DNA from: an uncultured Candidatus Saccharibacteria bacterium
Lineage (GTDB): Bacteria > Patescibacteriota > CAZHWT01
Direction of reading: 5' to 3'
DNA length: 64,000 nucleotides
Assembly: GCA_964554805.1 (NCBI GenBank)
Contig: CAZKPX010000002.1
Location: 113,889 to 177,888 of the forward strand
Shown in pieces: positions 59,018 through 64,000 of the stretch. Each line of letters begins with the position of its first letter. Position 1 is the first letter of the stretch. The notes below the pieces were generated by a model. The model did not search any database. It saw only the letters and a program-made list of their open reading frames with translations, and had not been told where the DNA came from. A program made the position numbers and the translations under genes.

Positions 59018-59431
59018 TCATGCTCCTGTTGCTACCAGGATATCGGGTATGCCTGGCTTCATGAGATGAGAGTGCTGAACTAGCTCTGCTTCAAATTTGT
59101 CAACTGACTTTTGAGAAGCAACTGCTAGTGACTGGCTTAACAGAACAACAATCTGTGCTGAGATCCAGCTTGGGCTGACACCGAATGCATTTAGATTCTC
59201 TGCTCCCCGCAGGAAATGATAGGTCTGCTTGCGTTCACCGACTGGTCGTCTAGAAAACGCTATAGTAGACTCCAAATCCACGTCGTGTCTTACTTGTCGG
59301 GTATGAGTTGGTAGTCTCATGGCGATTTTAACACGATGCCGGGGAGAGTCTGCGGTTGGGCTATACCCGAGATCGTAGCCTGAATGCTGATGATGATTGA
59401 CATCGCTAAAGAAGAACATATAGCGATGCAT
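59018..59431 (-). CDS. Hypothetical protein (frame stays open further upstream without an ATG; true start uncertain)
   Basis: 137-aa ORF; the same frame continues N-terminally ...FYPHDEVCLKSAQICKLALECLDESNP... Confidence 0.3.
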   Translation of the reverse strand: MHRYMFFFSDVNHHQHSGYDLGYSPTADSPRHRVKIAMRLPTHTRQVRHDVDLESTIAFSRRPVGERKQTYHFLRGAENLNAFGVSPSWISAQIVVLLSQSLAVASQKSVDKFEAELVQHSHLMKPGIPDILVATGA

Positions 59432-59675
59432 TGGGTTCGACTCATCTAAGCATTCTAAGGCTAACTTACAAATCTGAGCCGACTTGAGACAAACTTCATC
59501 ATGAGGATAAAAGTTGCTGATTCCAGAGAAGCTCGACAGAAACTCATCTAGTTGCCTTCATCTCTATCTCCTCTTGCTTTAAGAGCGACTTCCAGAGTTC
59601 ACAAGATATTAATATTTGTTCTGGCATAAGTCAAGATGCTAGTTGTATCCCCTATTTGTTGTATACTAGTACTCT

Positions 59676-60350
59676 ATGGCTGGAATTTTATATATAGTAC
59701 CAACTCCGATTGGTAACCTTGATGACATTACTTTGCGGGCATTGCGAGTTCTTAATCAGGTTGCCGTAATTGCTGCTGAAGACACTCGCCACAGCGGCTT
59801 GCTCCTTCAGCATTTTAAAATAAAAAAGCAGCTTGTATCGTACCAGGAGCATAATGAGCAGCAACGGATTCCGCAGATTATATCGGCACTACATGACGAA
59901 CAGTCTGTAGCATTGATAAGCGATGCCGGTACGCCTGGTTTGTCTGACCCTGGTTTTAAGTTGATTCGCCAAGCAATTGCTGAAAATATAACCGTTGAGG
60001 TGTTGCCGGGAGCGTCTTCGATTGTGGTTGGTTTGGTTGGGTCGGGCTTAGCGACTGACGCTTTTTATTTTGGTGGATTTTTGGCTAGAACTACTATCAA
60101 AAGACAAAAGCAGCTTCAAGATTTGTCTGCTATAGAGGCTACGATTGTATTGTTTGAGTCACCCTATCGCACAGCAGCTTTGCTGATTGATGCCCTGGAG
60201 GTGATGGGAGATAGGCAGGTGGTGGTGTGTCGTGAACTGACCAAGCTACATGAAGAGTATTGGCGAGGCAGTTTGTCGGAAGCAGCGGCTCACTTTTCTA
60301 AAAAGGCAACCCGCGGAGAGATTGTAGTGGTTATTGATCGAGAGCGCTAG
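59676..60350 (+). CDS. rsmI: 16S rRNA (cytidine1402-2'-O)-methyltransferase
   Basis: MAGILYIVPTPIGNLDDITLRALRVLNQVAVIAAEDTRHSGLLL: tetrapyrrole-methylase-like RsmI signature. Confidence 0.85.
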   Translation: MAGILYIVPTPIGNLDDITLRALRVLNQVAVIAAEDTRHSGLLLQHFKIKKQLVSYQEHNEQQRIPQIISALHDEQSVALISDAGTPGLSDPGFKLIRQAIAENITVEVLPGASSIVVGLVGSGLATDAFYFGGFLARTTIKRQKQLQDLSAIEATIVLFESPYRTAALLIDALEVMGDRQVVVCRELTKLHEEYWRGSLSEAAAHFSKKATRGEIVVVIDRER

Positions 60351-60406
60351 CTTGGCGGCAAATACTCGTTGGTCTGTAATGCCTACTGACCGGCAGAATT
60401 TCTAGG

Positions 60407-61624
60407 TTACAATTTTTGGATGGGTAGAGTGAAGGTAAAAGTTGAACCTTTGCCCATTTCGCTTTTTAGATCAATATTCCCGCCCATTAATTCAATAAAT
60501 TCTTTAGTAATGTATAGGCCTAGCCCCACACCTTGCTTGCTTTCAGTCAGAACACCTTCTCCGCGCTTAAACTTGGCGAAGAGTTTTGGTTGAACTTCTG
60601 GATCAATGCCTGGGCCGTTATCGACGACGCTTACAGCAACCATGCTATCCTTGCTGGACACCTCAATCTTGACCCATCCTTTTTCTGTGTACTTCAGGCC
60701 ATTGGTGCATAGGTTGACCAGTGCTTCACGAGCTCTGGCAGGGTCTGCCCAGACCTTGGGTAGTGCAAAACGTGGGTAGTCAAATTTTAATTCTAAACCT
60801 TTAGCTCTGGCTTGTGGCTCTAGTTCGTTAACGACTTGGCCGACCAATTCTTCCATCTGGAAGGCTTGAGGCCTAATTGGAATAGTTCCCCGCTCTAAGC
60901 GAGATAGATTGAGTAGTGATTCGACTGTTTCAAGCTGACGCTCGTTAGACACATAGACGCGTCGGAGCATCTCAGCATGTTCTGGATCAAGCTTGGTTTC
61001 TCGCAACAGGATGTCAATATATCCCTTGATGGCGGTAATGGGTGTGCGCATCTCGTGAGACACAATAGACACAAAGTCAACTTTCATCTCTTCAAGGGCT
61101 TTTTGCTTGGAAGAATCTTGGAGCAATATGACTGCCCCCATAATCTCGTTGCGGGAGTTAGTAATGGGTAGCCAACTAATATCTAGAGGTCGGCTGACAT
61201 TGTTGTGAATAACTTGGAACACTTGACGTTCCATCGGCTGTCGAGTCTGAAATACATGGAGAATAGGATCTTTGTCCTCGGTTAAGGCTTTGCCGTCTTG
61301 ACGCAAAATCCCTAAGCTAGTCTGATAGCTACGTCCTTTAACTTGGGCTAAGGTAACGCCAAGAATTTGTTCGGCGGCCTCATTGATGAAAGAGACATTG
61401 AGCGACGGGTCAACCAAGGCTGATCCGATAGTTAGGCTGCTGAAAGATCGTTCCAAAAATGATGCCCAGCGCTCAAGAGGCAGGTGATCTCTTTGCCATT
61501 GTTGAAGTTCAGTTACTTCGTTATCTAATTTGCCGGTGGTGGTTGATAGTTTTTGCCAAAGAAAAACCATCACAACTAGAGTGAAGAAGATAATGGCGAT
61601 TAAGGCGTAGGCGAATATTTCCAT
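60407..61624 (-). CDS. Sensor histidine kinase (TM, PAS, HisKA, HATPase)
   Basis: H-box VSHEMRTPITAI; N and G boxes (NGLKYT; DNGPGI; GVGLGLYI). Confidence 0.8.
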   Translation of the reverse strand: MEIFAYALIAIIFFTLVVMVFLWQKLSTTTGKLDNEVTELQQWQRDHLPLERWASFLERSFSSLTIGSALVDPSLNVSFINEAAEQILGVTLAQVKGRSYQTSLGILRQDGKALTEDKDPILHVFQTRQPMERQVFQVIHNNVSRPLDISWLPITNSRNEIMGAVILLQDSSKQKALEEMKVDFVSIVSHEMRTPITAIKGYIDILLRETKLDPEHAEMLRRVYVSNERQLETVESLLNLSRLERGTIPIRPQAFQMEELVGQVVNELEPQARAKGLELKFDYPRFALPKVWADPARAREALVNLCTNGLKYTEKGWVKIEVSSKDSMVAVSVVDNGPGIDPEVQPKLFAKFKRGEGVLTESKQGVGLGLYITKEFIELMGGNIDLKSEMGKGSTFTFTLPIQKL

Positions 61625-61763
61625 AATGATAGTTCTCCGACAGACTACTGATTATGGCGTTATTGGCACAATAATGCTTGTCTGTTACACTGGTATTGTA
61701 GTGGATTGTGGTAAGTGGATGCAAGCACTTGGTTGTTACTGTGTTGAGGAGATTTAGTTATAT

Positions 61764-63296
61764 ATGAAAACTGGTCATCGTCCCGTTGTTTTAGCAATAT
61801 TGGATGGTTGGGGTATCGCTCGGCCCGATCACGGCAATGCTATAGCCATGGCTTCTACGCCACATATGGATAGTTGGATGAAACGCTATCCTCATAGCAA
61901 ATTGACTGCATATGGTCAAGCTGTGGGTTTGATGGCTGATACGACTGGCAATAGTGAGGTTGGTCATATTAATCTGGGAGCCGGCTTTGTGGTGTCTCAG
62001 GATGAAGTAAGAATTAATCATGATATTGAAGTTGGAACGTTTTTTGCCAATACGACTTTAATTGAAGCCTTTCAATCGGCCAAGAGACGCGGTAGCTGTT
62101 TGCACTTGGTTGGCTTGGTTGGTCCAGGAGAGGTTCATAGCCGCATCGATCATCTGTGGTCGCTGCTGGATATGGCAGGTAGGCAGAAATCAGAGCGTGT
62201 GTATGTTCATTTGTTTTCTGATGGTAGAGATGCCCCGCCTACTTGGTTAGGAAAGAATGCTGAGGCAATTCAGATTAAGGTGGAGACTTTTGGTGCTACC
62301 GTGGCTAGCCTGTGTGGGCGTTATTTTGCAATGGATAGGAATAACCACTGGCCGAGAACTGAAGCTGCTTATCGACTGCTGACGGAACGTCGAGGTAAAC
62401 GGGTAGCCACGCTCAAAGGGGCCGTGCAAGCCAGCTATGACGAAGGTAAGACCGATGAATTTATCTTGCCAACGGTTATTGCTAACGGTAAGGCAATTGA
62501 TAAAAATGATGTCGTTATATTTTTTAATTTCCGCACCGATCGGCCACGACAGTTAACTGAAGCTTTTGTCGAGCCAAAGTTGGCCGGTTTTCGTCGCCCT
62601 GACTACTTAGAAGGCTTGGCTTTTTATAGTATGACGCAGTATAAGGAAGGATTGCCGGTAACAGGCGTGGTCTACCCCCCGATACAGGTTAAGCATCCAT
62701 TGGCAGAGGTTGTGTCTAAAGCTGGCATGCGACAACTCCATGCGTCAGAGACTGAGAAATACGCACATGTCACATTTTTTATCAATGGCGGTCGGGAAAA
62801 ACCTTTCCCAGGAGAAGATCGATTGCTGATACCCTCTCCTGAGGTAGCCACCTATGACCTGCAACCAGAAATGTCTGCTCAGGCGCTAACTGAGTCGGTC
62901 ATATCAGCAACGGCTAAAACTACCTATGATCTTGTCATCATGAACTACCCAAATGCCGATATGGTTGGTCATAGTGGTAATCTGGAAGCTACTATTGCAG
63001 CCGTTGAGTCAATTGACAGCAATTTAGGCACATTGGCAGAGCATGTTGCAAGTATGGGCGGGGTGTTGCTGATTACCGCTGATCATGGCAATGCTGAGGC
63101 GATGTTGACTCTCGATCGCCAAATGAATACCCAGCATCACTCCGCCGATGTGCCATTTATGGCTATAGGCAATGATTTACCCGGCAATCTGCACAATGGG
63201 GTGTTGGCGAATGTAGCGCCAACCATCTTAGATTTGATGGGTCTCAAACATCCTGCAGAAATGACTGCCAGCAGTTTATGGGAAAAGAAGTCATGA
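61764..63296 (+). CDS. gpmI: 2,3-bisphosphoglycerate-independent phosphoglycerate mutase
   Basis: 510 aa; ...VLAILDGWG...NSEVGHINLGAG... and ...TADHGNAE... metalloenzyme motifs. Confidence 0.9.
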   Translation: MKTGHRPVVLAILDGWGIARPDHGNAIAMASTPHMDSWMKRYPHSKLTAYGQAVGLMADTTGNSEVGHINLGAGFVVSQDEVRINHDIEVGTFFANTTLIEAFQSAKRRGSCLHLVGLVGPGEVHSRIDHLWSLLDMAGRQKSERVYVHLFSDGRDAPPTWLGKNAEAIQIKVETFGATVASLCGRYFAMDRNNHWPRTEAAYRLLTERRGKRVATLKGAVQASYDEGKTDEFILPTVIANGKAIDKNDVVIFFNFRTDRPRQLTEAFVEPKLAGFRRPDYLEGLAFYSMTQYKEGLPVTGVVYPPIQVKHPLAEVVSKAGMRQLHASETEKYAHVTFFINGGREKPFPGEDRLLIPSPEVATYDLQPEMSAQALTESVISATAKTTYDLVIMNYPNADMVGHSGNLEATIAAVESIDSNLGTLAEHVASMGGVLLITADHGNAEAMLTLDRQMNTQHHSADVPFMAIGNDLPGNLHNGVLANVAPTILDLMGLKHPAEMTASSLWEKKS

Positions 63297-64000
63297 GCTA
63301 CTTACATATAAAATGGCCTAGACAAGTTGATTTGGTGAGGCATGCTCAGTCGACGTACAACTTAAGCAAAGACTTTCAGAACTCTCAACCTCTCTACAAA
63401 GCATTTTTGGCTGAATACTCCAAAGACTCTCATGGCAAGCATGCCCGCCAACTTGCCGAGCAGCTAGTGTCTGAGTATGCCGAGATAGCTAGTGATACTA
63501 CTACCGGCATTACCGAGGAGGGCAAGGTTGATATTATTCGTACCGGAACGTATATGGCAGAACACCATGCCTTGCCGGATGTTATTTATGTGTCACCGTA
63601 TGATCGAACCAAGCAAACTCTGCAGGTGTTGTTAAAAGCCTGGCCGGAATTGCATAAGGTGAGAATTATAGAGGAGGAGCGAATCAGAGAGAAAGAATTT
63701 GGTTTACGATTGCTGTATGGTGATCACAAAATCTTTTATTGTCTTCATCCTGATCAAAAAAGGCTCTATGATATTCAAGGTCGCTACTGGTATCGACAAC
63801 CTCAGGGCGAGAATATTGCCGATATGAGGCTGCGACTGAGAAGTTGGACTAACACTTTGACGCGTGATTATGCTGGCAAGCGAGTTCTGGCTGTAACCCA
63901 TCATCTGACAATATTGGCTTTTCGAGCCAATATTGAGCGGTTAACAGCCGAACAATTTATACAGTTGGACAAGACAGCTCAGCCTGGCAATGCCAGTCTC
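63293..64000 (+). CDS. Histidine phosphatase family protein (RHG motif), 3'-partial at the window edge; start overlaps the gpmI stop (ATGA)
   Basis: Manual translation MSYLHIKWPRQVDLVRHAQSTYN... is open to the end of the window; not in the ORF track because no stop is reached. Confidence 0.55.
   Translation, partial: MSYLHIKWPRQVDLVRHAQSTYNLSKDFQNSQPLYKAFLAEYSKDSHGKHARQLAEQLVSEYAEIASDTTTGITEEGKVDIIRTGTYMAEHHALPDVIYVSPYDRTKQTLQVLLKAWPELHKVRIIEEERIREKEFGLRLLYGDHKIFYCLHPDQKRLYDIQGRYWYRQPQGENIADMRLRLRSWTNTLTRDYAGKRVLAVTHHLTILAFRANIERLTAEQFIQLDKTAQPGNASL

Overview
This 64-kb window looks like a compact, low-to-moderate G+C bacterial chromosome segment. Gene content (no rRNA, many overlapping genes, tRNA arrays, small GIY-YIG genes) fits a Patescibacteria/Saccharibacteria-like genome, but that assignment is inference only. 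Housekeeping genes are dense: uvrA, uvrB, uvrC, lexA, class I ribonucleotide reductase nrdA/nrdB, ung, rsmI, gpmI, secG, a yvcK-like gene, and two histidine-kinase systems. The nrdB has an N-terminal ATP-cone while nrdA has none. The most notable structure is an ~11.2-kb island at about 29.1-40.26 kb, sitting between tRNA genes (Leu-CAG and Val below it, Leu-GAG and Pro above it). It is bracketed by two identical 180-bp direct repeats that begin like a tRNA-Leu 3' end. It carries a large serine recombinase whose catalytic N-terminus looks degraded, an XRE repressor, and a 1316-aa secreted protein with phage tail-fibre-like repeats and a C-terminal DUF1566-like domain. It also carries a tight operon of four overlapping genes of unknown function (a soluble protein with an R-x5-H motif, a double zinc-ribbon protein and two membrane proteins), which is my best candidate for an undescribed system. 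Other notable features: a G+C-rich, hairpin-dense ~82-bp tandem repeat array (about 4.7 copies) next to a disrupted GIY-YIG gene; a run of pseudogenes at 8.7-12.1 kb; a tRNA 3'-half duplicate; 24-bp inverted repeats inside uvrC; and two G+C-rich, probably horizontally acquired segments. All coordinates come from reading the sequence and the ORF track. No database searches were run.
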